Below are positions 55,704-64,000 of a stretch of 64,000 nucleotides of DNA, in pieces (the first letter of the stretch is position 1; the number at the start of each line of letters is the position of its first letter). Source of the DNA: an uncultured Alphaproteobacteria bacterium (lineage in GTDB: Bacteria > Pseudomonadota > Alphaproteobacteria > Rhizobiales > Beijerinckiaceae); assembly GCA_963726105.1 (NCBI GenBank), contig CAVSBJ010000018.1, positions 2,419 to 66,418 of the forward strand, written 5' to 3'. Both the position numbers and the translations under genes were made by a program. Under the pieces are notes generated by a model, which did not search any database, was not told the DNA's origin, and worked only from the letters and a program-made list of their open reading frames with translations.

Positions 55704-55921
55704 TCTCTCGTGCGAATCGAGACTTTTCAATGGGTCACACGGACAAAAGCGTCAAAAGCTTTTCCATCGCGCTTTTCCCCCGGTGGGGGGAGTCCGGATC
55801 GGAAGGACGAAGCCTTGGCCTTGCGGAAAATCTGGATCGATCATCGGACAAGCTTACCCTGATTTTTGATTTTCTGCGAGAGATTGTCGTCCGAGCCGGA
55901 ATTACCGCCCAGTCTCAAGCC

Positions 55922-57127
55922 TCAAGCCTCGAGCCACCGCGCCAGGCGCCGCGTCGCTTCGGCGATCTGTTCCGGATCGCGGGCGAAGCAGATGCGCAGA
56001 TGACCCTCGCCGCCGGGACCAAAGGCGCCGCCCGGCGCGGCGCCAACGCCGGCTTCGTCGATGAGCCGAAGCGCCAGCGCACGGGAATCGGCAAAGCCGT
56101 CGATTGAGAAGAACAGGTAGAACGCCGCCTCCGGCTTGAAGAAGCGAACGCGTCCGGTCCTGGCCAGCCCCTCGCACAAGATGTCGCGAGAGCGGCAGCA
56201 GCGCGCGATTTGCTGGCCAACAAACGTTTCGCCTTGCTCGAGCGCCGCCGTGGCAGCGCGCTGGTTGAACACGGGCACGCCCGACGTCGTGTACTGGACG
56301 AGATTCTCGATCACGGCCCCGAGCTCCGCCGGCGCCTCGAGCCAGCCGATGCGGAAACCGGTCATCGCCCAGTTCTTGGACAAAGTCTGGACGAACAGGA
56401 TCTTGTCGTCGGGCGCCATCACATCGTGGAAAGAAGGGGCGCGGACACCGTCGTAAGTGAGGCGCCCGTAAATCTCGTCGGCAATGATCCAAAGCCCATG
56501 CCGGCGCGCGATGGCGAGCGTCTCGACGATCTCTTCTCGCGTGGCGACGAAGCCGGTCGGGTTGGCCGGGCTGTTGAAGAAGATAAGTTTGGTCGCGTGC
56601 GTCACCGCCTTTTCGAGCTTGGCTGGATCGAGGCTCCAGCGGCCCTCTTTGTCGAGCGGAACGGGCACGGCGCGCGCGCCTGAAATTTCGAGCGCGCCGA
56701 CAAAATTGGGCCAGGCTGGCGTCGGGATCAGCGCCTCGTCGCCAGGGCCGACGATCAGCCGGGTCGCGATCTCGATTGCGTGCATGCCGCCAATCGTGAC
56801 GAAGAAGGCCTGGGGCGAAAAAGGGCGCCCGTCCGGAGCCGCGCCATAGACCTTCGTCATGTAAGTAGCGATCGCCTCCCGCAGCTCGGGGACGCCGTTC
56901 TGCCAGGTGTAGAAGGTTTCGCCACGGTCGAGAGAAGCCTTCGCCGCTTCGCTGATGAAAGGCGGCGTCGGGAGATCGCCTTCGCCAACCCATAAGGGAA
57001 TGAGCCCCTGCCGCCCGAGGCCGTAGTTGAAGACCTCGACGATGCCGCTCGTGGCCACGTCGCGCATGACGGGCCGGATGAGATCGGGCCAACTGGTCGC
57101 GGACGGGGACGGAGCGACGTTCATCAC
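55922..57127 (-). CDS. pyridoxal-phosphate-dependent aminotransferase (class I/II, aspartate aminotransferase-like)
   Basis: 401-aa ORF. NPANPTG and TLSKNWAMTGFRIGW (PLP lysine) are present. Confidence 0.9.
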   Translation of the reverse strand: MMNVAPSPSATSWPDLIRPVMRDVATSGIVEVFNYGLGRQGLIPLWVGEGDLPTPPFISEAAKASLDRGETFYTWQNGVPELREAIATYMTKVYGAAPDGRPFSPQAFFVTIGGMHAIEIATRLIVGPGDEALIPTPAWPNFVGALEISGARAVPVPLDKEGRWSLDPAKLEKAVTHATKLIFFNSPANPTGFVATREEIVETLAIARRHGLWIIADEIYGRLTYDGVRAPSFHDVMAPDDKILFVQTLSKNWAMTGFRIGWLEAPAELGAVIENLVQYTTSGVPVFNQRAATAALEQGETFVGQQIARCCRSRDILCEGLARTGRVRFFKPEAAFYLFFSIDGFADSRALALRLIDEAGVGAAPGGAFGPGGEGHLRICFARDPEQIAEATRRLARWLEA

Positions 57128-57175
57128 GGCCTCATGGACCAGCGGCCGGACGTGCGCAAGCGTTAGCCGCGAGCT

Positions 57176-57577
57176 TCACTGGTCGACGCTCCCGAGCGCG
57201 AGATCATCAAGGATCGGGCAGTCCGGGCGATCGTCGCCGTGGCACGCGGAAACCAGGTTTCGGAGTGTGTCAGCCATCGCCTGCATCTCGGCGACGCGCG
57301 ATCGAAGATCGTGGATGTGCGCCTCGGCGATGCGCTTGACCTCGCGGCTCGGACGGCTCCGGTCGCGCCATAGCGTCAGCAATTCGCCGATCTCGGGAAT
57401 CGAAAAACCGAGCCGTCGGGCTCGGCGAATGAATCTGAGTTCGTGAAGATCGCGTTCGCCGTAATCGCGATAATCGTTTGCCCGGCGCTCAGCCGGCCGC
57501 ACGAGGCCGATCGCCTCGTAATGGCGGATCATCTTGGCGTTGACGCCGCTCGCCGCCGCGGCCGCGCCGATATTCAT
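57176..57577 (-). CDS. cueR: Cu(I)-responsive MerR-family regulator CueR/HmrR
   Basis: MNIGAAAAASGVNAKMIRHYEAIGL.. is a MerR HTH. The C-terminal metal loop is CHGDDRPDC. ATG 57577 lies within the tracked ORF 57176..57736. Confidence 0.9.
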   Translation of the reverse strand: MNIGAAAAASGVNAKMIRHYEAIGLVRPAERRANDYRDYGERDLHELRFIRRARRLGFSIPEIGELLTLWRDRSRPSREVKRIAEAHIHDLRSRVAEMQAMADTLRNLVSACHGDDRPDCPILDDLALGSVDQ

Positions 57578-57590
57578 TTTGCGAATTCGC

Positions 57591-57621
57591 TTGACCTTCC
57601 CATGATGGGAAGGTCTATGCC
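57591..57621 (+). promoter_or_regulatory. MerR-type copA promoter with CueR dyad and a 19-bp spacer
   Basis: TTGACC (57591-57596), the dyad GACCTTCCC-ATGAT-GGGAAGGTC (57593-57615), and TATGCC (57616-57621). The architecture matches E. coli PcopA as I recall it. Confidence 0.8.
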
Positions 57622-57629
57622 TCCTGGTC

Positions 57630-60017
57630 ATGGAACACAAGCCCCATTCCCCGACGAATTTGGCCGAGGCCACGAGCTCGCTCGCGAAAGACCCCGTTTG
57701 CGGGATGTCGGTCGACCCCGCGACGGCCAGGCACAAGGCCGAGCACGACGGCGAGACGTTCTTCTTCTGCTCAGGCCGTTGCCGCGAAAAATTCGTCGCG
57801 GACCCCGCCCGATTCGTGGCGGCGCCAGCTCACGCGCCGGCGAGCCCCAGGCATGACCACGCCGATCACGCGAGCGCGGCGGCCTCGCCGAAGCCTGCGC
57901 CGCCGGGCGCGATCTACACTTGCCCGATGCATCCTGAGATCCGCCAGGACCATCCCGGGGCCTGCCCGATCTGCGGTATGGCGCTGGAGCCGGAAACGCC
58001 TGCGGAAGCGACCGGCCCGAGCGCCGAACTCGTCGACATGACCCGGCGCTTCTGGGTCGCGCTCGGGCTTTCCGTTCCGGTCTTTGTGCTCGAAATGGGC
58101 GGGCATCTGGCCGGTCCGCACGGGGTGTTGCCCGAAGGGCTCTCCAACTGGGTTCAGTTGGCGCTCGCGACTCCGGTCGCGCTCTGGGCGGGCTGGCCAT
58201 TCTTCGAGCGCGGCTGGGCCTCGCTCAGGAGCCGCAACCTCAACATGTTCACGCTGATCGCCATGGGGGTCGGCGTCGCGTGGACGTATAGCGTCGTCGC
58301 CACCGTTGCGCCAACCGTCTTTCCGGCCGCGTTCCGCGGCGACCATGGAGCGGTGGCCGTCTATTTCGAGGCCGCGGCGGTCATCACCACCCTTGTTCTG
58401 CTTGGACAGGTCCTCGAGCTCAGGGCGCGCGAACAGACTGGCGGCGCGATTCGCGCGCTCATCGATCTGACGCCAAAGACGGCGCGGCTCGTCCGTCAGG
58501 ATAAAGCCGATGAGGACGTCGCGCTCAATTCGGTCAAGATCGGCGACGCCTTGCGCGTTCGGCCGGGCGAGAAGGTCCCGGTGGACGGCCACATTGTCGA
58601 AGGGCGAAGCGCCGTCGACAAATCCATGCTGACCGGAGAATCGATGCCGGTCGGCAAGAGTGCGGGCGACAAAGTTATCGGCGGCACGTTGAACCAGAGC
58701 GGCGCCTTCGTGATGCGCGCGGACAGAATTGGCCGCGACACAGTGCTGGCGCAGATCGTGCAAATGGTTGCGCAGGCGCAGCGCAGCCGCGCGCCAATCC
58801 AGCGCCTTGCGGACCAGGTCTCCCGCTGGTTTGTGCCGCTGGTCATCGCCGTCGCCGCGCTCGCCTTTGCCGCCTGGGCGATCTGGGGTCCCGAGCCGCG
58901 GCTTGCCTATGGTCTGCTCGCAGCCGTTTCCGTGCTGATCATCGCCTGTCCATGCGCGCTTGGACTGGCCACTCCGATGTCGATCATGGTCGGCATTGGG
59001 CGAGGCGCTCAGGCGGGAGTCCTGATCAGAAATGCGGAAGCGCTGGAGCGGCTCGAAAAGGTCGACGCCTTGGTGGTCGACAAGACCGGCACGCTGACCG
59101 CGGGCAAGCCGACGGTCGTGGCGCTAAAGCCGACGACGGGGGTCAGCGAGGAAACGCTGCTCAAGCTCGCGGCCAGCCTCGAGCGCGGCAGCGAGCATCC
59201 TCTCGCGGCGGCGATCCTGCGCGCTGCGGCGGATCGCAACCTTCTGCTCGCCAAGGTCGACGGCTTCGAGAGCGTCCCAGGCAAAGGGGTGTCGGGAACC
59301 ATCGACGGGCGCAGAGTCGCGCTCGGCAATCGGGCCATGATGCAGGCGGTTGGAACAGACGTGAGCGCGCTCGACGAGGTGGCCAACACATTGCGCGGCC
59401 AAGCCGCGACGGCGGTCTTCGTCGCCCTCGACGGCGCCGCAAGCGGCGTGATTGCTGTCGCCGATCCGATCAAGCCGACCGCGTCCGACGCAATCCGAGC
59501 GCTCAGGGAAGCTGGCGTCCGCGTCGTGATGCTCACCGGCGACAATCGGGCGACGGCGGAGGCCGTCGGGCGCAAGCTTGGCATTGCTGAAATCGAGGCG
59601 GAAGTTTTGCCCCAGGATAAGGGCAGGACAGTCGAACGTTTGCGGAAGGAAGGCCGGGTCGTCGCCATGGCCGGCGACGGCGTCAACGACGCCCCGGCGC
59701 TGGCGGCTGCCGACGTTGGGATCGCCATGGGCACGGGAACCGATGTCGCGATCGAGTCCGCGGGCGTCACGCTGATTGGCGGGGATCTTCGCGGCGTCGT
59801 CGCCGCGCGCGATCTGTCGCGAGCCACGATGCGCAACATCCGGCAGAACCTCCTCTTCGCCTTCATCTACAACGCGGCGGGCGTGCCGATCGCGGCCGGA
59901 ATCCTCTATCCGGCCTTCGGTCTCACCCTGTCGCCAGTGCTGGCCGCAGCTGCAATGGCGCTGTCGTCGGTCAGCGTGGTCGCCAACGCGCTGAGGCTAA
60001 GGACGCTGAAACTCTGA
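57630..60017 (+). CDS. copA: copper-translocating P1B-type ATPase
   Basis: 795-aa ORF. An N-terminal TRASH/YHS-like [14 protein letters not shown] and [14 protein letters not shown] are present, followed by TM CPC, DKTGTLT, TGDN and GDGVNDAP. Confidence 0.95.
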   Translation: MEHKPHSPTNLAEATSSLAKDPVCGMSVDPATARHKAEHDGETFFFCSGRCREKFVADPARFVAAPAHAPASPRHDHADHASAAASPKPAPPGAIYTCPMHPEIRQDHPGACPICGMALEPETPAEATGPSAELVDMTRRFWVALGLSVPVFVLEMGGHLAGPHGVLPEGLSNWVQLALATPVALWAGWPFFERGWASLRSRNLNMFTLIAMGVGVAWTYSVVATVAPTVFPAAFRGDHGAVAVYFEAAAVITTLVLLGQVLELRAREQTGGAIRALIDLTPKTARLVRQDKADEDVALNSVKIGDALRVRPGEKVPVDGHIVEGRSAVDKSMLTGESMPVGKSAGDKVIGGTLNQSGAFVMRADRIGRDTVLAQIVQMVAQAQRSRAPIQRLADQVSRWFVPLVIAVAALAFAAWAIWGPEPRLAYGLLAAVSVLIIACPCALGLATPMSIMVGIGRGAQAGVLIRNAEALERLEKVDALVVDKTGTLTAGKPTVVALKPTTGVSEETLLKLAASLERGSEHPLAAAILRAAADRNLLLAKVDGFESVPGKGVSGTIDGRRVALGNRAMMQAVGTDVSALDEVANTLRGQAATAVFVALDGAASGVIAVADPIKPTASDAIRALREAGVRVVMLTGDNRATAEAVGRKLGIAEIEAEVLPQDKGRTVERLRKEGRVVAMAGDGVNDAPALAAADVGIAMGTGTDVAIESAGVTLIGGDLRGVVAARDLSRATMRNIRQNLLFAFIYNAAGVPIAAGILYPAFGLTLSPVLAAAAMALSSVSVVANALRLRTLKL

Positions 60018-60055
60018 GGGCGAGCGAAGGATCGCCGTACGCCAGGAGGATGTCG

Positions 60056-60559
60056 ATGCAAGACAGAGCCGACGTCAAGGTGCTGCCGCCATTCGTGCTG
60101 TTGGGCTTCCTCGCCCTGGGATTGTTGCTCGCCATTCTTGCGCCGACGCCCGTGCTGCCCGAGCCGATCGCGCGTCTTCTCGGTATCGTCGTAATTGTTC
60201 TTTCGATCGTCTTCGTGTTCCTCGCGGTCAGGGAAATCGCTCGCGCGAAAACAGCACTCGACGTCCGCAAGCCGACGACCACACTCGTGACGTCGGGTAT
60301 TTTCCGCATCACCCGGAATCCCATTTATTTCTCGATGATCCTTCTCGTCGCCGGCGTCGGACTGATGCTCAATTCCTTGTGGTCGATTCTGCTCGCCGCG
60401 CCGATAGGCGGCGTGCTGTGGCTGATGGCGATCAGGCCGGAAGAGCGTTATCTCGACGGCAAATTCGGCGGCGCCTATCGCGCCTACTGCACCGAGACGC
60501 CACGCTGGCTGTCAGCGCGAGGTCTACTCGGCGCGTTTCAGCCACGGCCGCGGCGCTAG
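60056..60559 (+). CDS. isoprenylcysteine carboxyl methyltransferase (ICMT/PEMT-like) family membrane protein
   Basis: AGGAGG (60044-60049) lies 6 nt before ATG 60056; the tracked start is 60050. GIFRITRNPIYF, RPEERYL and FGGAYRAY are present. Confidence 0.85.
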   Translation: MQDRADVKVLPPFVLLGFLALGLLLAILAPTPVLPEPIARLLGIVVIVLSIVFVFLAVREIARAKTALDVRKPTTTLVTSGIFRITRNPIYFSMILLVAGVGLMLNSLWSILLAAPIGGVLWLMAIRPEERYLDGKFGGAYRAYCTETPRWLSARGLLGAFQPRPRR

Positions 60560-60587
60560 GCGAGCCCTGCGAGGTCGGGAGGCTAGG

Positions 60588-60710
60588 ATGATGCATTGGG
60601 ATGGAATGTTCGGCGGCTCGATGATGTGGGGCGGCGGAGTGGTCTGGCTGCTGGTTCTTGTCGCGTTGGTGCTGGGCGCCGCCGCTCTGATCAAATACCT
60701 GCGAAGCTGA
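60588..60710 (+). CDS. 40-aa Gly/Met/Trp-rich single-TM peptide (below the ORF-track cutoff)
   Basis: GGGAGG lies 5 nt upstream of ATG 60588. The product is MMHWDGMFGGSMMWGGGVVWLLVLVALVLGAAALIKYLRS. It sits between the ICMT-like and DUF305 genes. Confidence 0.5.
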   Translation: MMHWDGMFGGSMMWGGGVVWLLVLVALVLGAAALIKYLRS

Positions 60711-60765
60711 GAGATGGGCCGGGCCCGTTCCCGGATGCAATTGGTTCACTCAATAGGAGACGGTC

Positions 60766-61131
60766 ATGAAGATATCCGCACTTGTCACCGCCATGGTCCT
60801 GCTAGCGGCTGCTTCGTCCTCGGGGCAAAGCGCTCTTGCCGAGGACATGAAGGGCATGGCGATGAAGCCCGCGACGAGTCCTGCCGACAAGGCTTTCGCG
60901 GACTCGATGAAGACCATGATGAACGGCATGCACGTGAAGCCGACAGGCAAGCCGGACGAAGATTTCGTGCGCATGATGATTCCGCATCATCAGGGCGCGA
61001 TCGACATGGCGAAGGTCGAGCTGCAATACGGAACCGACCCCGAACTGCGCCAGCTGGCGACGGATATCGTCAGCGCGCAGGAAAAGGAGATCGCGGAAAT
61101 GAAGGCTTGGCTGACAAAGAACGGCCGGTAA
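60766..61131 (+). CDS. DUF305 family periplasmic protein (CopM-like)
   Basis: AGGAGA RBS and a signal peptide. FVRMMIPHHQGAIDMA and AQEKEIAEMKAWL are present. Confidence 0.9.
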   Translation: MKISALVTAMVLLAAASSSGQSALAEDMKGMAMKPATSPADKAFADSMKTMMNGMHVKPTGKPDEDFVRMMIPHHQGAIDMAKVELQYGTDPELRQLATDIVSAQEKEIAEMKAWLTKNGR

Positions 61132-61240
61132 TCCGCCGCACGGCGGACGGCGAGCGCCCGCTCAATTCGGCGTTCAGCTTCATTCTGCCGGCAGGCCGAC
61201 CGGCGCGGTGACGGCGCTCCCTTCGACGGCCGGGCTTGGG

Positions 61241-61942
61241 CTAGTCGTCGCCCAAATCCTTGTCGTCTTCGTCATGTTGGTTTTCCATCGGCGCCATTTT
61301 TTCGGACTTCCCGCCCATCCCGCCTGGACCCATCATTCCCATCCCGCCCATTCCCCCGCGCATCATCTCCATCCCTCCGTGCATCATTGCCATGCCGCGG
61401 TGACCGTGTCCCATCATGAACATTTCCCGGCCGAGCAGGGCGAACAGTCTCTTCTGGGAATCATCGAGGCTCGCGTACAGGGGCTTGGCGGCCTCGGCGA
61501 CCTTCGTGATGGCGGCGCCGTGCTCGGACATGCGCTGCCCCATGGCCTCCAGTCGATCGACTGGGGACATGGCTTGGCCAGGCGCGGTCGTTTCGTTCAT
61601 GCCCTCGGATTTTTTCTCTTCGGACTTTTGCATGCCTTCCATCATGTCGCGCATTTTCTGCATGCGCTCCATCATGGACTTCATATGCTCCATATGCAGC
61701 TTCGCGGCGTCGCGAACCGCGGTCTCAAACGGCGGCCACAGCTTGTCCTGGTCGGAGGTCAGTTTGAGCCCAGCCTTCAGGCCGGCGAGCTTGGCGTCAA
61801 GGAGCGCTTCGTGATCCGCCGCCCAATGCTGCATTCTCTCCATGCCCATTGGCCCCGAGGATTCCTCCGAAGCGGCCGGCGCGGCGAGAGCGAATACGCA
61901 AACAGTGAACGCTGTGAGGGGAAGAAGAATGTGTCGCATCAT
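61241..61942 (-). CDS. Spy/CpxP-family periplasmic protein with a Met/His/Gly-rich tail
   Basis: Signal peptide and two LTxxQ-type motifs (LTSDQDKLW, LDDSQKRLF). The C-terminus reads MMGHGHRGMAMMHGGMEMMRGGMGGMGMMGPGGMGG. GGAGG RBS. Confidence 0.8.
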   Translation of the reverse strand: MMRHILLPLTAFTVCVFALAAPAASEESSGPMGMERMQHWAADHEALLDAKLAGLKAGLKLTSDQDKLWPPFETAVRDAAKLHMEHMKSMMERMQKMRDMMEGMQKSEEKKSEGMNETTAPGQAMSPVDRLEAMGQRMSEHGAAITKVAEAAKPLYASLDDSQKRLFALLGREMFMMGHGHRGMAMMHGGMEMMRGGMGGMGMMGPGGMGGKSEKMAPMENQHDEDDKDLGDD

Positions 61943-62154
61943 CGGTCATGCCTCCAATAGCCTCGTTCCCCTTCGTCCGGCTGGCCCGGTTACGGGATGC
62001 CGTCGATGGGAAAGCCTCGTCCTTGGGGATCGGCGGACGACATCGATCACCATTTCAAGGCGACCGTAGGGCGTCTCGCCCGCTCTTCAAGTGATCGCCC
62101 TGTAAGGCGCCTCGGGAGACCCCTTCAGCAATAGTTGACGCTCCATTAATTGGT

Positions 62155-62664
62155 ATGTCATCTATTAGAGCACCCATGCCGGTTCCCGCAAAAGACGCGC
62201 GCGCTCAATTCGCGCCTCTCGTCGCCAATGTCGCGCGCGAATGGCGGCGTGCGGTCGACGCGCGTTTGCAGGTCTATGGGCTGACCGAGGCGACATGGCT
62301 GCCCTTGCTTCGGATCGCGCGGTCCGAAGCGCCGATGCGGCAGAATGAGCTGGCCGCTTCCTTGTCGCTCGATGGATCCTCGGTCGTTCGCCTGCTCGAC
62401 GCACTTGAAAATTCCGGCCTCGTCGAGCGATGCGAGGACCGGGCCGACCGGCGCGCGAAGAGCCTCGCGCTCACCGCGCGTGGGCGCCGCACGGTCGATC
62501 AGGTCGAGCGCGTGTCCCAGGACATTCGCGACCTCGTCCTCGGCGAAGCGTTGGACGAGGACCTGGCGCGTTCGCTTCGCCTGCTCGAAACCGTCAGGGA
62601 CCGGCTCCTGCGCCTCGCGGAAGCGGAACCGAACACCCCGCGCAAACGGACGGCGGCCCGATGA
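62155..62664 (+). CDS. MarR family transcriptional regulator
   Basis: 169-aa ORF with a winged HTH (..LTEATWLPLLRIARSEAPMRQNELAASLSLDGSSVVRLLDALENSGLVER..DRRAK). Confidence 0.9.
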   Translation: MSSIRAPMPVPAKDARAQFAPLVANVAREWRRAVDARLQVYGLTEATWLPLLRIARSEAPMRQNELAASLSLDGSSVVRLLDALENSGLVERCEDRADRRAKSLALTARGRRTVDQVERVSQDIRDLVLGEALDEDLARSLRLLETVRDRLLRLAEAEPNTPRKRTAAR

Positions 62665-63887
62665 AACTCATTCTCCGGCGCCCGGTTCCTCCGCTTTGGC
62701 TCCTGGGCTTGCTCACCTTCAGCGGCCCAGTCGGCATGCATATCTTCGTGCCTGCGTTGCCCGCGGCCGCCAAGGATCTTCATGCGACGCCGGTCGCCAT
62801 GGAGATGACCATCAGTCTCTATATTCTGGGATTGGCCGTCGGTCAGTTGCTCTACGGGCCCGCCTCGGATCGCTTCGGTCGCCGGCCGGCGCTTCTTGTC
62901 GGCCTTTCGCTATTCACGATCGCCAGCGTCGCCGGGCTCTTTGCTCCGGATGCCCATACGCTCATCGTGGCGCGCTTCTTCCAGGCGCTCGGCGGTTGCT
63001 CGGGACTGGTGCTCGCGCGCGCCATGATCCGCGACACGTCTCAGGCGCACGAGGCGGCGCGGCGCCTCGCGCTCACCAATCTGCTTGTGACCGCGGGGCC
63101 GGCCGTCGCCCCGCTCATCGGCGGGGGCTTGAGCGCGCTGTGGGGCTGGCGGACGATCCTGGTCGGCCTCAGCGCTTTGGGCGTGGCCAATTTCATGATG
63201 GCGTGGCTCCTCCTGCGGGAGACGCGTCCTGAAGCTTTGTTTGTCAGCGCCTCGCAATATGCGCGCGATTACGCCGGACTGCTGCGCTCCCGGCAGTTCC
63301 TGGGCTACGCCGTCGGCGGCGCCTGCGCGACGACGTCTTTGTACGCGTTCATCGCCTGCGCGCCTTTCATTTTTATTGATCGGCTGCATGCTCCGAGCGC
63401 GAGCGTTGGGTTGTATCTCGCCCTCCTGGTTTCAGGGATCTGGCTCGGCAGTCTGCTCGCAAGCCAGTTGATCGCCCGTTTCTCACTCAATCGATTTGTG
63501 GTCGTCGCCAACGCTGTCAGCGTGGTCGCGGCTGCGTCGTTCCTCGGTCTCTTGATCATCGACCGCGCGACCCTTTTCGGAATTATTGCGACGATGTTCG
63601 TGTTCAGCGTCGGCGTGGGCGCGGCGGCGCCCGCGGCCCTCGTCAAGGCGATCAGCGTGAACCCGCGCGTCACGGGAACAGCGTCCGGACTTTACGGTTC
63701 GGTTCAGATGGCTGTCGCAGGGACGCTGGTCATGCTCGCCGGCTGGGGATCGAACCCGGCGTTCGCCTCCGCGTCCGTGCTCCTCGCCGCAGGCATTGTG
63801 GCCCAGGCGTCGTTCTGGATCGCGCGAAACCGAGGCGCAGCCGTCGCCCCGCCGGAAGCCGGGGCCGCGTCAAAAGCCGCGACCTGA
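62661..63887 (+). CDS. Bcr/CflA family MFS multidrug efflux transporter
   Basis: ATG 62661 overlaps the marR stop (ATGA). GPASDRFGRRP and FFQALGGC are present. Confidence 0.9.
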   Translation: MKLILRRPVPPLWLLGLLTFSGPVGMHIFVPALPAAAKDLHATPVAMEMTISLYILGLAVGQLLYGPASDRFGRRPALLVGLSLFTIASVAGLFAPDAHTLIVARFFQALGGCSGLVLARAMIRDTSQAHEAARRLALTNLLVTAGPAVAPLIGGGLSALWGWRTILVGLSALGVANFMMAWLLLRETRPEALFVSASQYARDYAGLLRSRQFLGYAVGGACATTSLYAFIACAPFIFIDRLHAPSASVGLYLALLVSGIWLGSLLASQLIARFSLNRFVVVANAVSVVAAASFLGLLIIDRATLFGIIATMFVFSVGVGAAAPAALVKAISVNPRVTGTASGLYGSVQMAVAGTLVMLAGWGSNPAFASASVLLAAGIVAQASFWIARNRGAAVAPPEAGAASKAAT

Positions 63888-63892
63888 CGGCC

Positions 63893-64000
63893 TTAAGCGC
63901 CGCGTTTCGCGAGCTGGTCGCGGATCTCGGTCAGAAGAACGACTTCCTTGGTGGGAGGCGCCGGCACCGGCGGCTCCTTCGCCGCCTTCCGGGTCATAAT
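63893..64000 (-). CDS. mscL: large-conductance mechanosensitive channel MscL, 3' end only (runs off the window)
   Basis: The minus strand reads ..KAAKEPPVPAPPTKEVVLLTEIRDQLAKRGA*. The xxxLLTEIRDxL tail is the MscL C-terminal helix. Confidence 0.65.
   Translation of the reverse strand: MMTRKAAKEPPVPAPPTKEVVLLTEIRDQLAKRGA

Larger units (their letters stand above)
55657..55921 (-). ncRNA. candidate structured noncoding element (sRNA or long 3' UTR of the aminotransferase gene)
   Basis: ~265 nt between convergent genes, visibly lower in GC. It contains a 10-bp tandem repeat, a CCCCC/GGGGG hairpin (55776-55791) and T-rich tracts, and ends at the minus-strand terminator. No credible ORF. Confidence 0.3.

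Noticed and set aside
55785-55815. GTCCGGATCGGAAGGACGAAGCC resembles the SRP RNA domain IV string GGUCCGGAAGGAAGCAGCC
   Set aside because: The insertions break the GGAA tetraloop and symmetric-loop geometry, and no flanking SRP helices are present.

Overview
This 64-kb window looks like chromosomal DNA from a GC-rich alphaproteobacterium, probably of the Hyphomicrobiales/Rhizobiales type. That guess rests on irr, PEP-CTERM tails, lysA followed by a TIGR02302-type gene, rpoN-hpf-ptsN, and a DUF2852/TetR pair; it is not a search result. All calls were made by eye from the sequence and the ORF track, with no searches run. Most long ORFs antisense to real genes are GC-driven artefacts. The window is mostly housekeeping and common accessory genes: lysA, uvrC, prs, a BMP-type nucleoside ABC transporter with cdd, purS-purQ, hisE, rpoN-hpf-ptsN, ahcY, irr, anmK, mmsB, an lhr-pdeM pair and a Suv3-like helicase with an S4 protein. 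It also carries many small regulators (XRE, Crp/Fnr, TetR, ArsR, MarR, CueR and an orphan receiver). I saw no rRNA, tRNA or CRISPR array. The accessory or unusual parts are: (1) one apparently intact IS5/IS427-group element (2558-3445) with a canonical -1 frameshift site; (2) gene-decay remnants around yciF (an ADH tail and a DUF1349 fragment) next to a two-gene lhr-pdeM module that lacks the usual ligase and exonuclease partners; (3) two paralogous, extremely Gly/Trp-rich secreted proteins (22395-23616), one of them frameshifted, separated by an AT-rich spacer with a 47-bp palindrome; (4) an ArsR/SRPBCC cluster with twin operators, a frameshifted copy and a possible gene fusion; (5) a roughly 1-kb lower-GC islet (40340-41340) with two orphan envelope proteins; (6) a roughly 260-bp structured intergenic element (55657-55921) that ends in a minus-strand intrinsic terminator and may be an sRNA or a long 3' UTR; (7) a copper module (cueR, near-leaderless copA, ICMT-like gene, an untracked 40-aa membrane peptide, DUF305 and a Met/His-rich Spy/CpxP-like protein). 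I cannot demonstrate a clearly novel multi-gene system. The Gly/Trp-rich pair, the intergenic RNA-like element and the lower-GC islet are the best candidates for something undescribed.
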